A DNA stretch of 64,000 bases from Candidatus Woesearchaeota archaeon (lineage in GTDB: Archaea > Nanobdellota > Nanobdellia > Woesearchaeales > JABMPP01): positions 195,045-259,044 of the forward strand of contig JAGVYD010000009.1 of NCBI GenBank assembly GCA_018303405.1. The letters are read 5' to 3'. Shown in pieces: positions 52,007 through 61,389 of the stretch. The notes beneath the pieces are model-generated. The model saw only the letters and a program-made list of their open reading frames with translations. It searched no databases and was not told the DNA's origin. Position numbers and translations under genes: made by a program. The stretch's first letter is position 1. Every line of letters begins with the position of its first letter.

Positions 52007-54028
52007 CTACATCCTGCTGATATGTCCGCGCCTTGGCTCAAAAATATCGCCGCTGCGCTTCAGCTTTTCAATTGTCTCTTCGACCTTGTCTTCCTTGATT
52101 CCTGCTGCCTGGGCTTCCTTTACAATCTCCTCAATTGGGATAACTTTTCCAAACCTCCCCTCAAGCTCTGTGATGATTTCCTTAATGTTGGATATCTTGA
52201 CCCTTTCTGTTGCCGGGACGCCGGTTGTTATCCTGTCTATGTCTATTTTTCCTGTCTCAGGGTCAACGCCAATCTCGGCCAGGCAGTAATGCAGCAGTTC
52301 AACTGCTTTTTTAGCGTCAGCAATCTCAACAACATTTGAGAGCCTGATTCGGGCTGCTGCCTCGGCAAGCCTTACGAGGGCTTCAAGCTGCCTTGCAGAA
52401 ATCGGGATGCTTCTTGAGCCTGATTCCTCTGTATAGCCCTTGCTTCTCATGCTCAGGTAATATTCCTTGATTTCCTCGAGGGCATCATCAGTCAGTGCAG
52501 GATGGATGTTCCTTCGCGCATAGGCAATGTATTTTTTCAGAAGCCTTGACGGCACTTCAGGCTCGTCCATTTCAGGATTCTTATGCAAGGTGAGTATATG
52601 GTCAGCAACCCTCTGGTCCTTGTCACGGTCAGGCAAGTCTTTTATTGGAAAGATAAGGTCAAACCTGTTGATAAGCGTAGGTGGCAGGTCAATCTGGTTT
52701 GCCAGGACTTCATAAGGGTCAAACCTGCCAAATTTTGGGTTGGCTGCTGCAAGCACAGTTGTCCTGGCTATCAATGTTGCCTGGATATTTGCCTTGCTGA
52801 TGCTTATTGTCTGCTGCTCCAATGCTTCGTGCATTGCAGCCCTGTCATCTGTGCCCATCTTGTCCATCTCATCAATGCAGCAGATTCCATTCGAGGCAAG
52901 AACCAGCGCGCCAGCCTCAAGGGCCCAGCCTTTCAGGAATTCGTCCCGGACAACAGCTGCTGTCAATCCAGCGCCGCTCACACCTTTTCCGCTGACATAC
53001 CTTCCTTTAGGGGCTATCATATTGACCCTTTTCAGGAGCTGTGACTTACCGCTTCCCGGGTCACCGACAAGCAAGACATGCATGTCTCCCCTTGTGACCA
53101 TGCCATCGCTTCTTTTTTTCTGAACGCCGCCCGCAAGCTGCAGAAGCAATGCCTCCTTGACTTTTTCGTGGCCGTAAATTGACGGCGCCATTGACCGCAC
53201 AAGCCTTTGGTAAAGCATTGGGTCTGCTCCCAGCTCCAATATCTCCCTTTCCTCGGCCGGTGAAATCTCAATGTCAAAATAATCCTCTTCAACCCCCACA
53301 ATATTGTTTGCATCCACAAAAAGGTCAAACCGTGTAGACTGGCCGCCTGTCTTGAGAATAATCGGCACTTCCTTTACCATGCCAACAACCCTAACCTTGC
53401 TTCCGGGGTTTGTTTTTTTCTCAGTTATCGGGCTGACAAGGTCTTCCTGGAGAAAAACATTGATTCTCTTTGGCTGCTCGCCTCCTTCCAGGTTTTCAGG
53501 GGCTTCCTCAAGCACAATGCCCTGCGCATCAACCAGTTCCTTGCTGAGCAGGCGGAATTTTCCCTTTCTCCCGCATCCGCATTTTGTCGGCTCCTTGAAT
53601 TTGGAGTCAAGCTGGAGGACTGAAATAACATTGCCGCAGCTAGGGCATTCGAATTTTGCGCTTGTGACCTGCGGCCTCACATCAGATTTTTGCCTTACAA
53701 CACCCTCCATGAAAAGAAGCTTGCCGATGTGGTTGCTCCTGATGTTCCTTATCATTATTGTCTGGTTTTTTGGCAGGTTGTCAATCCTGACCTTGAAATT
53801 TTTTTTCTCGCCAGGCAAGTCAAAGCTCTGGATTGCAATTTCAGCAGCCCTGACAACTTCTTCAGGCTGCTCCAGCATTATGTCCGCAAGATCCGGGTCA
53901 AACAACGAGAGAACCTTGAAATCAATATGGATAAAATATTTGCCCGCCTGGGCGTTGCTGACAAGCTTGTCAAAATATTCTTTCTCCACAAACTCTTTTA
54001 GCCTGTTCACCTGTTCAGTTGCATCCAC
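52007..54028 (-). CDS. mcm: MCM replicative helicase
   Basis: 673 aa with an N-terminal Zn finger (CPSCGN...CGCG), Walker A VGDPGSGKSQLL, Walker B CCIDEMDKM, arginine finger SRFDLIF and a C-terminal wH. Apparent GTG start. The length is normal, so no intein. Confidence 0.97.
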   Translation of the reverse strand: MDATEQVNRLKEFVEKEYFDKLVSNAQAGKYFIHIDFKVLSLFDPDLADIMLEQPEEVVRAAEIAIQSFDLPGEKKNFKVRIDNLPKNQTIMIRNIRSNHIGKLLFMEGVVRQKSDVRPQVTSAKFECPSCGNVISVLQLDSKFKEPTKCGCGRKGKFRLLSKELVDAQGIVLEEAPENLEGGEQPKRINVFLQEDLVSPITEKKTNPGSKVRVVGMVKEVPIILKTGGQSTRFDLFVDANNIVGVEEDYFDIEISPAEEREILELGADPMLYQRLVRSMAPSIYGHEKVKEALLLQLAGGVQKKRSDGMVTRGDMHVLLVGDPGSGKSQLLKRVNMIAPKGRYVSGKGVSGAGLTAAVVRDEFLKGWALEAGALVLASNGICCIDEMDKMGTDDRAAMHEALEQQTISISKANIQATLIARTTVLAAANPKFGRFDPYEVLANQIDLPPTLINRFDLIFPIKDLPDRDKDQRVADHILTLHKNPEMDEPEVPSRLLKKYIAYARRNIHPALTDDALEEIKEYYLSMRSKGYTEESGSRSIPISARQLEALVRLAEAAARIRLSNVVEIADAKKAVELLHYCLAEIGVDPETGKIDIDRITTGVPATERVKISNIKEIITELEGRFGKVIPIEEIVKEAQAAGIKEDKVEETIEKLKRSGDIFEPRRGHISRM

Positions 54029-54079
54029 GATAGCTACACCTATGCCTTTGATTATTTTCGGTTATGGCGAAAATCTTGC

Positions 54080-54619
54080 TCACACAACTTTTTTTAGATT
54101 TTCAATCAGCTTGTCAAGAGCCTTGTGCACTTCTGCCTCACTCTTGGTTCCGGTGCACACCACTTTGCCATTACTGAAAAGCAGGAATGTGGCTTTGGCC
54201 TGTGGCAGCTTGTAAACAAGCCCCGGGAACTGCTCAGGCTCATATTCTGTGTTGTCCAGTTTCATGGCCAGTGTATTGAGGTTAAGGTCCATCCCAACTG
54301 TGCCTGAGGCAACTATGTTCTGGATCTTGATTTCAGGCTTGATTGTGATCTTGACATTTATTTTTTCCAGGCTTTTGATAATTTTCTTAATGCTTTCTTC
54401 CACTTTGTCCATGCTCCTGGCTCCTGTGCATACAATCTTGCCAGAGCTGAAAATCAATGCAGAAGTCTTTGGCTCCTTAATCCTTATAACAAGCCCAGGG
54501 AATTGTTCCGGATTGTATTCTGTATTGCTGAGGGTGGCAGCCATTTTTTCCAATGGGATGTCATGTTTCAGAGAAGTGCTTACCACGATGTTAACCACTT
54601 GAATTTCCTTTTTTCCCAT
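54080..54619 (-). CDS. tbp: TATA-box binding protein
   Basis: 179 aa with two direct repeats: NIVVSTSL...EYNPEQFPGLVIRIKEPKTSALIFSSGKIVCTGA and NIVASGTV...EYEPEQFPGLVYKL..AKATFLLFSNGKVVCTG. GAGGTG lies upstream of the ATG. Confidence 0.95.
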   Translation of the reverse strand: MGKKEIQVVNIVVSTSLKHDIPLEKMAATLSNTEYNPEQFPGLVIRIKEPKTSALIFSSGKIVCTGARSMDKVEESIKKIIKSLEKINVKITIKPEIKIQNIVASGTVGMDLNLNTLAMKLDNTEYEPEQFPGLVYKLPQAKATFLLFSNGKVVCTGTKSEAEVHKALDKLIENLKKVV

Positions 54620-55053
54620 AATAACACCTCGAATATTTTCGTTCTGGCCTAACTGCCATTTGCATGTTTTTTATAGGGGTTGGCCGTCATTAAGCCACCT
54701 GCGCTAAAATGAATGCTCCCCCTCCAATCAATACATAACCCCTTATTGAATCAACGCTGCAAAAGCAATCAGCTGCAGCCGGCCAAATTTTTTTGGGCTT
54801 TTGGCCATTTTCGCCAGCCGCCGTCCTTTAAATACCATTTATAAACCTATAAAAAGCTTGGCATTTATAAAGACTTTTGTTGGGCGATATATAAATCAGA
54901 GAAGATATGCCTCCATTGCTTCCTGTGGAATTCACGACGGCAAGGCTAAATAAGAGTGCATGCAATCTATAAACTGTTTGCCTAAACCATAGCAATATTG
55001 GGCAATTTCATAAGAAAAAAAGAAAAAAATGGAGCCCAAGCCCCTGCTGAATC

Positions 55054-55341
55054 CTAATTAAGCATCATGCTTTTGCCCAATAAGAGCTCATCATCATATC
55101 CCTCAATTTCAAGCTCCTCGGACAGTGTGTCAAATCCAATCCCGGCGTTGAGGATAGCTGAATTAAGGATCCTATTGCCACAAATCTTGCATATTCCTTC
55201 GTGGAGCAAATAGCCAAAAGAGTCGCTTATGACTCTGGCTATTTCCGGGCCGGCGCCGTCATTCATCCAATTGCCAATCTCCTTTTCAAGGCAATACTGG
55301 CAAACTGCTTCCTCACTGGGTATGTGCTTTTCCTGTGGCAT
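55054..55341 (-). CDS. Hypothetical small protein with two CxxC pairs
   Basis: The tracked start is TTG and was trimmed to the ATG (MPQEKH...). CQYC and CKICGN suggest a Zn-binding module. No family was recognised. Confidence 0.3.
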   Translation of the reverse strand: MPQEKHIPSEEAVCQYCLEKEIGNWMNDGAGPEIARVISDSFGYLLHEGICKICGNRILNSAILNAGIGFDTLSEELEIEGYDDELLLGKSMMLN

Positions 55342-55745
55342 TTCAACCGCCTCCGTTTTTTTATAGCCCAATGCCTGGTCCAAGCATCCTGGAGTAGAAT
55401 TATATGGTCGAAGACGCCCCGCAGATGCCTGAACCCGGTTTTTTGGGCTTTAGCGTCTTTTAGGGCAATTAATTGTTGTTCGCTTAATGGCAGAGCCCAA
55501 GCTATTATATGAATTATGCCAGAACATTGGCATTTGGGAATTTTTCCCGGTTGTGAACTCAGGGCCTGACATTTTCATAATTCTCTTTACAATCGTTACT
55601 TATATTTAAATATTTGTGATATGCCGATTCCAAGCGGAATATTTAGCCGATTAACCAAAGCTTTAATTAAACTTAAAATCCACCCATCTCCTATAAGCAC
55701 CGTGCATGAGATAAACCGGGCAAAGCACATCATGGGCAAGGAAAA

Positions 55746-55940
55746 ATGAAAATCTTTTTGGAAAGGCAGAACCAGAAAATAAGCAGGAAATTCAATGGCA
55801 AGGCACTTGACCTTATCAAGCAGCTTCGCCTGAACCCTGAAGAAATACTGATTGTAAAAAACAGCAGCCTCGTTACTGAGGATGAGCCCTTGTCTGATTC
55901 TGATGAGGTCAAAATATTGTCTGTAATCTCCGGCGGTTAG
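55746..55940 (+). CDS. Ubiquitin-like beta-grasp sulfur carrier (TtuB/SAMP/ThiS-MoaD-like) ending in Gly-Gly
   Basis: 64 aa, C-terminus ...KILSVISGG-stop. The stop lies 8 nt upstream of the PP-loop thiolase gene. Confidence 0.6.
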   Translation: MKIFLERQNQKISRKFNGKALDLIKQLRLNPEEILIVKNSSLVTEDEPLSDSDEVKILSVISGG

Positions 55941-55948
55941 ATAGCAAG

Positions 55949-56944
55949 ATGAAATGCACAACATGCAATGAAAGGGCAGTTTTCTCCAACCCAAAATTAT
56001 GCAAAAATCATTTTACTTCTTACTTTGAAGGCAAGGTGAAGGACGCAATAAGGCGTTTTAGGCTGTTTTCGCGGAAAGACAGGGTAGCTGTTGCAGCATC
56101 AGGCGGAAAGGACTCCACTGTGCTCCTGCACCTGCTCAGGAAATTGGGCTACAATGTTGAGGCACTGGCAATCGACGAGGGAATTAAGGGATATCGCGAC
56201 AAGACCCTTGAAATCCTGAGAAAATTCTGCAATGGGCATGAAACAGGGAAAATCAGGCTCAGGATTTACTCATACAAAAAGGAATTTGGCGCAGAGCTGG
56301 ACAAAATGCTCACACGCATGAACTATATCCCGTGCTCAATCTGCGGCACTTTCAGGAGGTACCTGCTCAACAAAATGTCAAGAGGATATGACAAGCTGGC
56401 AACAGGCCATAACCTGGATGATGAAGCCCAATCAATAATGATGAATTACCTCAAGAACAATCTCAGCATAACTGCCAGGCTTGGGCCGTCATCAGGGATT
56501 GCCAGGGACAAAAAATTTGTAAACAGGGTAAAGCCCCTGTATTTCTGCTCTGAAAAAGAGGTCATGGCATATTCATTTTTGCACGGGCTCCAATCTGATT
56601 ATTCTGAATGCCCGCACGCGCCTGAATCCTTCAGGGCAAAAGTCAGGGACGCGCTTAATGAATACGAGCGGGCCAGGCCAGGAACAAAAAAAATGATTGT
56701 GGAAAGGTTTGTCGAGCAATTGCCCATGCTGAAGCAGCATTTCAGGAAAATAGAGAAGAAAAGAGGCCTGGCCGAGTGCGAAAACTGTGGGGAGCCAAGC
56801 CATTCCAGGATATGCAAAGCCTGCCAGTATTCAGAGGAATATTCTGAAAGCGTAAAAGCGCGCGGAAAATCCCCCCGAAATCACCATGGCAATAATGACA
56901 AAGGCTTAAATAGCACAAAAGCTCAGTTTTTGCAGGTTAAATAA
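55949..56944 (+). CDS. ttuA: tRNA 2-thiolation PP-loop ATPase (TtuA/NcsA/Ctu1 family)
   Basis: N-terminal Zn finger CTTC....C.NH, PP-loop AASGGKDSTVLL, Cys triad including CSICG, GHNLDDEAQ, and a C-terminal Zn finger CENCG.....CKAC. Confidence 0.85.
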   Translation: MKCTTCNERAVFSNPKLCKNHFTSYFEGKVKDAIRRFRLFSRKDRVAVAASGGKDSTVLLHLLRKLGYNVEALAIDEGIKGYRDKTLEILRKFCNGHETGKIRLRIYSYKKEFGAELDKMLTRMNYIPCSICGTFRRYLLNKMSRGYDKLATGHNLDDEAQSIMMNYLKNNLSITARLGPSSGIARDKKFVNRVKPLYFCSEKEVMAYSFLHGLQSDYSECPHAPESFRAKVRDALNEYERARPGTKKMIVERFVEQLPMLKQHFRKIEKKRGLAECENCGEPSHSRICKACQYSEEYSESVKARGKSPRNHHGNNDKGLNSTKAQFLQVK

Positions 56945-56985
56945 AATGCCGAAACAGAAAGAATGGTGCAGAAATAAATGATGGA

Positions 56986-57693
56986 ATGGCGATAAAAATG
57001 ATTGACATTGTTTTTCCCAATGGAAATGAAAATGACTTTATCAAAATGGCCAGCAGGCTGGGCTATACAGCAATTTGTTTTGCTTACACCGGTGAAAAAA
57101 TAAAGGCCCCGGGGAATACTGCTGAATATAATGCATTAGGCAAACAGCTCAATGTTGAGATCTTTTTTGCTGCAATTGCAGGAAAATCCGGAAATTACCC
57201 TTTTTCTGAAAACATAAGCCTGAATATTGCAATTGCAGAGCCTTTTCAGGACCTCAGGCCTTATTTTGAGGTAAAGCGGACAGACATTATGCTTGGCCTG
57301 GAACAGAACCAGCCGAGGGATTCCTCGCATTCACGCAATTCCGGGCTCAACCAGGTCTTGGCATCGCTGTCAAAATCAAATGAAATCTCCATTGGCTTTT
57401 CCTTTGCGCAAATCCTGGATTCCAAGGGGATGCTTAAGTCGCAAATTCTTGGGAGAATCAGGCAAAACATACGCCTGGCCAGGAAATTCCGGCTGGATAC
57501 AACTATGGCCAGTTTTGCAGCAAATCCGCTCGGAATGCGGAATCCACATGACATGGCAAGCCTTTTTGCTGTGCTTGGCATGACGCATGCAGAAGCGGCA
57601 AAATCACTCGAGCATGCGCATAGGCAGGCCTTGGCAAATGCCGAACAGAAAAGGCCAGGCTACCTTGGCAAGGGCATGAAACATGGTCCCTGA
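56986..57693 (+). CDS. rnp3: RNase P protein component 3 (Rpp30/Rnp3)
   Basis: 235 aa. MIDIVFPNGNE..FIKMASRLGY start, and the C-terminal RQNIRLARKFRLDTTMASFAANPLGMRNPHDMASLFAVLGM, as in archaeal p30 TIM-barrel subunits. Confidence 0.68.
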   Translation: MAIKMIDIVFPNGNENDFIKMASRLGYTAICFAYTGEKIKAPGNTAEYNALGKQLNVEIFFAAIAGKSGNYPFSENISLNIAIAEPFQDLRPYFEVKRTDIMLGLEQNQPRDSSHSRNSGLNQVLASLSKSNEISIGFSFAQILDSKGMLKSQILGRIRQNIRLARKFRLDTTMASFAANPLGMRNPHDMASLFAVLGMTHAEAAKSLEHAHRQALANAEQKRPGYLGKGMKHGP

Positions 57694-57846
57694 AAACCCA
57701 ATCAAAGAAAAATATATATAATCAGAAATATTTACACCTGGAGAGTAATACGGCCAGTATGCAAATGGCATCGCAGTACAATTCACCGGATGCCAAAGGG
57801 CAGATAACTGAAGGCACTGGCACGGCCAAACAACGGAGATGAAATA

Positions 57847-58212
57847 ATGCTTGAAAAACAGATTATGGTTTCGTGCAGAAAGTGTGGAGCTAAGACGCCA
57901 TCAACCCTTTTGAAAATGGACCTGGATGAAAAAATGATGGTGTGCCCCAACTGCCTTAAGGCCAAAAAGACTTTAGCCCATGACAAAAAAACAGACCCTG
58001 ACATTGTCGCAGCACATACTCCTGCAACAGAAAGCTCAAGATTGGGATCCGCAAGGATTGGAGGGCCAAGGATTTCAAGCATTGAAAGGAGAGGCGAGAC
58101 GCCAAAGGTCATTAATATCTGCAGCGCCTGCCATTATAAGTACAATTTTAATCCTGAAACGCAAACACCAAGAAACTGCCCGTACTGCGGCAAATCCCCG
58201 TCAGCATTTTGA
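57847..58212 (+). CDS. Hypothetical protein with two zinc ribbons
   Basis: CRKCG...CPNC near the N-terminus and CSAC...CPYCG near the C-terminus, separated by a disordered basic linker. Confidence 0.42.
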   Translation: MLEKQIMVSCRKCGAKTPSTLLKMDLDEKMMVCPNCLKAKKTLAHDKKTDPDIVAAHTPATESSRLGSARIGGPRISSIERRGETPKVINICSACHYKYNFNPETQTPRNCPYCGKSPSAF

Positions 58213-58268
58213 AGCAGGACCACTAATTTTCCATATTTATTTTTAGAATTATCTCCATGCCCACCCTA

Positions 58269-58739
58269 TCATGTGTATAGCATTCTCAAAACACACACAT
58301 TCTGGGCTATGTGAATTCTGGTCCGCAGCCTTTCCTTGTCAGGCATTGCCGCAGGATCCTTCATCTGGTCCATGGCATAATCAATCAAGCTCCTTATTTT
58401 GGCTGCATATTTTTCCTCGGCCGGCATTTTTTCCCTCAGCTCCGTATTAAGCGCCAGCTCCAGATAGTATTTGGCTTTCTCAATGTTGCCCCTTTCAAAA
58501 TAACTGTCAGCATACAGAAGGCTGGAATAAATCCTGAGATAATAGAGCATTTTCTTGTTCCGGCTCCTGATAAATGGGTCAAGGTTTTCCACAATATGCC
58601 TGACAGCCCGGCTGTCGCCTGCAACAAATTCAAGGTTGCCAAACAAGTCTGAAAATCTTTCAAACGGATTGCCTATGCTGGCGCCTTTCAAAATCTTTTC
58701 AGCATATTCCTCAATCACATTTTTTGGCTTATCTGCCAT
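58269..58739 (-). CDS. Hypothetical helical protein
   Basis: Trimmed to the ATG (MADKPKNVIEEY...). All-helical by composition, with a TPR-like YYLELAL segment. It overlaps the 3' end of the amidohydrolase gene by 11 nt. Confidence 0.38.
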   Translation of the reverse strand: MADKPKNVIEEYAEKILKGASIGNPFERFSDLFGNLEFVAGDSRAVRHIVENLDPFIRSRNKKMLYYLRIYSSLLYADSYFERGNIEKAKYYLELALNTELREKMPAEEKYAAKIRSLIDYAMDQMKDPAAMPDKERLRTRIHIAQNVCVLRMLYT

Positions 58740-59526
58740 CCAAGCACCTTTGCAGATTATTCTTGAATATATTGGCCAGTGCATCACTGTCAATATCTGC
58801 TGCTTCTGCTATGTCCTTCAGGAGCTGGACTCCTGCCTCCATGTCACCATATGGCACATCTGAGCCGAAAATAATCCTATCCGCTTCGACCCTGTCAATG
58901 AGGTCGATTAAATCATAGGCCTTGACAACAGATGTTTCAAAATACACATGGCGGTTGTCCACAGAGCGCACAGCGTCTATTACATTGTCAAGGTCAGCGA
59001 TCCCGGCATGGCCGAAAATGAGCCTTAAACTGCCAAATTCTGACAAAAGCTTTCTGACATCCAGGCCAATTTTTCCCATGCCAAGGCCGGTATGCATTAG
59101 GATTGGAATCTTATTTTCAGATGCCCAGCCGAAAACCTCCTTTGCCTTTGGATCAAGAATCTTGAACTTCTGCGCCCTCGGGTGGAGCTTTATCCCCTTG
59201 AAACCCTGGGACTTTCTAAGCACGGCCTCATTTTTCCACGCTGGAAAATTCGGGTTTATCCTGAAAAAAGGGATAATCCTGTCAGGGTATTTCATAAATG
59301 CCTTGTATATCCTGTCATTGGGCGCATGAAAATCCTCACCCGCAGCGACTTCATCAAATGGAAAGGCAACACATTTTTGCAGCTTGCTTATTTTCATGAG
59401 CTGGAGCAGCTTCTCTGCCTCAAGGCTTAAGCCATCCCTGTCAGTGCCTATGTGGGTGTGGCAGTCCCAAACCTCAAAATCGCGGGGCGCTTCAGTTTTC
59501 AGAAAAGGCATCTTTAATTTAAGCAT
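58729..59526 (-). CDS. Amidohydrolase-2 family metal-dependent hydrolase (TIM barrel)
   Basis: WDCHTHIG near the N-terminus, later HTGLG and FGHAG, and a terminal D in FGSDVPYG, matching the PF04909-like pattern. Confidence 0.68.
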   Translation of the reverse strand: MLKLKMPFLKTEAPRDFEVWDCHTHIGTDRDGLSLEAEKLLQLMKISKLQKCVAFPFDEVAAGEDFHAPNDRIYKAFMKYPDRIIPFFRINPNFPAWKNEAVLRKSQGFKGIKLHPRAQKFKILDPKAKEVFGWASENKIPILMHTGLGMGKIGLDVRKLLSEFGSLRLIFGHAGIADLDNVIDAVRSVDNRHVYFETSVVKAYDLIDLIDRVEADRIIFGSDVPYGDMEAGVQLLKDIAEAADIDSDALANIFKNNLQRCLDGR

Positions 59527-59583
59527 TTTTTAACAATGATTGGGCAATCTATATGAATTTTGCGGCACCTGCCATCCTATGAA

Positions 59584-59668
59584 TGCGGCTGCCGGGATTC
59601 GAACCCGGGTACCAACCTATCTTCTGCTCAAATGGGAGGGTTGTATCCTACCGCTAGATTACAGCCGC
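59584..59668 (-). tRNA. tRNA-Gly(CCC) with an intron of about 14 nt next to the anticodon loop
   Basis: The reverse complement reads GCGGCTG-TA-ATCT-AGCGGTA-GGAT-A-CAACC-CTCCCA(T)-[TTGAGCAGAAGAT(A)]-GGTTG-GTAC-CCGGG-TTCGAAT-CCCGG-CAGCCGC-A. All four stems pair, GG is in the D loop, and the T loop is TTCGAAT. U33 precedes CCC, the acceptor is G1-C72/C2-G71/G3-C70, and the discriminator is A73, as in archaeal tRNA-Gly. CCA is not encoded. Confidence 0.85.
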
Positions 59669-59828
59669 AGAATGTGAGATAACACCCTGGCGTAAGCCAA
59701 TTGACACACCCAAGAAAACCCAATAAAATAAAAAGCTTCACATGGATGCAGCCTATTTACAACCATGCCATACGAATTCTGTGCCATTAATGATAAAGAT
59801 TTTAAATCAGGCGCGATTTTAACCAGCA

Positions 59829-61310
59829 ATGCGAGTCAAAGTAACTTCCAACAAGCATTGGGTTTCCACAAAGGACACGGTATTTCTCGGGCTGTTTGAA
59901 GGAGAGACAAAACTTGCCCTGCAGGGCCTGCCTGATGAAGACAGGGAATTTTTGCATGACAGCATGAGATCACTAAGCTTTACAGGCAAGGCTGACCAGG
60001 TATTGAGCTTAAGGCTGCCAACCAAAATAAACGCAATTGCAGTGGGCCTGGGCCCACAGGAGGGATTTTCCCTTGCACAGCTTAGAAACGCAATTGCATC
60101 AGCCATTAAAGCAGCAAACAAAGCAGGAGTAAAGGAAATCGCGTTTTCCCTGGCAATTTCTGAGCTTTTCAACAAATCCGATGCTGCAAAATCAATAGCC
60201 GAGGCAGCCATTATGTCCGGCTACAAGTTTGAAAATTTCAAGGCAGAGAAGTCACAGCAAACAGTTGAAAATATAGTCCTGAGCGATGCCAATGATGAGG
60301 AAAAAAAGGCCATTGAGGCTGCAGCAGATGCGGGCCAGCTTTTTGGGGAATTGAATATCAAGGCAAGGGATTTGGTTAATACCCCTCCTTCAATTGCAAC
60401 CCCTATCTATATGGCAGACCAGGCCAAGGCAATAGCCAAGGACTGTGGCCTGGCACTAAAGGCATATGGCCTGAAGGAAATCCAGGGAATGGGCATGAAT
60501 GGCATACTTGCAGTCAATTCCGGGGCACATGCCGAGCCCAGGCTTGTGGTTATGGAATACAAGGCAAATTCAGACAGGACAATTGCACTTGTCGGCAAAG
60601 GAGTCTGCTTTGATTCAGGCGGCCTGGACATTAAGCCTGCTTCTGCAATGGATACGATGAAGATGGACAAGGCAGGCGCAATTGCCGTTATGGTGGCAAT
60701 GGAAGCTGTTGCAAAGCTGAAGCCAAGCATCAATGTGGTGGGCATAATGCCGTTTGTCCAGAACCTTGTAAGCGACTCATCGTACAAGCCAGGGGATATC
60801 ATCAGGACAATGTCAGGCAAGACCATAGAAGTCCTTAACACAGATGCTGAAGGAAGGGTCATACTTTCAGATGCGCTGCATTTTGCTGTTGAAAAATACT
60901 CGCCAGAGGCGGTCATTGACCTGGCCACCCTGACAGGAGCCGTAATAATCGCGCTTGGAAATAATGTGGCAGCCCTGATTGGCAATGACCGCGGCCTTGT
61001 TTCAAAGCTGATAGTAGCCGGTTCAAAAACCTATGAGCGCCTGTGGGAATTACCGATGTTTGAAGATTATGCCGAGCTGATGAAAAGCGACCATGCAGAT
61101 GTAAAGAATGTCATATCAAATACCCCCGGAAATCCAGCAGGCACCATAACTGGCGCAGTTTTTCTTTCGCATTTTGTCGGCGAAGCCAAGTGGGCGCACC
61201 TTGATATTGCAGGCACAGCCTGGGCAAATGAGGAAAAAGGGTATAACAGCAAAGGCGCTACGGGATTTGGCGTCAGGCTGCTGGCGCAATTTCTCATGGA
61301 TTATGAATAA
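59829..61310 (+). CDS. pepA: Leucyl aminopeptidase (M17)
   Basis: 493 aa with VGKGVCFDSGG, the NTDAEGRVILSDAL signature, and ATLTGA. Confidence 0.92.
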   Translation: MRVKVTSNKHWVSTKDTVFLGLFEGETKLALQGLPDEDREFLHDSMRSLSFTGKADQVLSLRLPTKINAIAVGLGPQEGFSLAQLRNAIASAIKAANKAGVKEIAFSLAISELFNKSDAAKSIAEAAIMSGYKFENFKAEKSQQTVENIVLSDANDEEKKAIEAAADAGQLFGELNIKARDLVNTPPSIATPIYMADQAKAIAKDCGLALKAYGLKEIQGMGMNGILAVNSGAHAEPRLVVMEYKANSDRTIALVGKGVCFDSGGLDIKPASAMDTMKMDKAGAIAVMVAMEAVAKLKPSINVVGIMPFVQNLVSDSSYKPGDIIRTMSGKTIEVLNTDAEGRVILSDALHFAVEKYSPEAVIDLATLTGAVIIALGNNVAALIGNDRGLVSKLIVAGSKTYERLWELPMFEDYAELMKSDHADVKNVISNTPGNPAGTITGAVFLSHFVGEAKWAHLDIAGTAWANEEKGYNSKGATGFGVRLLAQFLMDYE

Positions 61311-61389
61311 TTGCACAATTAAGAAGGTACAAATTCCCAGACATTATTCTTCACATCTGCTTTTATGCTTATAGGCAAACTTTATAAAT

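Noticed and set aside
53304-54215. 303-aa plus-strand ORF overlapping mcm and tbp. The 208-aa ORF 51233..51859, antisense to the OB-fold gene, is similar.
   Set aside because: The Ser/Leu/Pro-rich translations have no motifs, while the minus-strand genes (MCM, TBP, OB-fold) are unambiguous.
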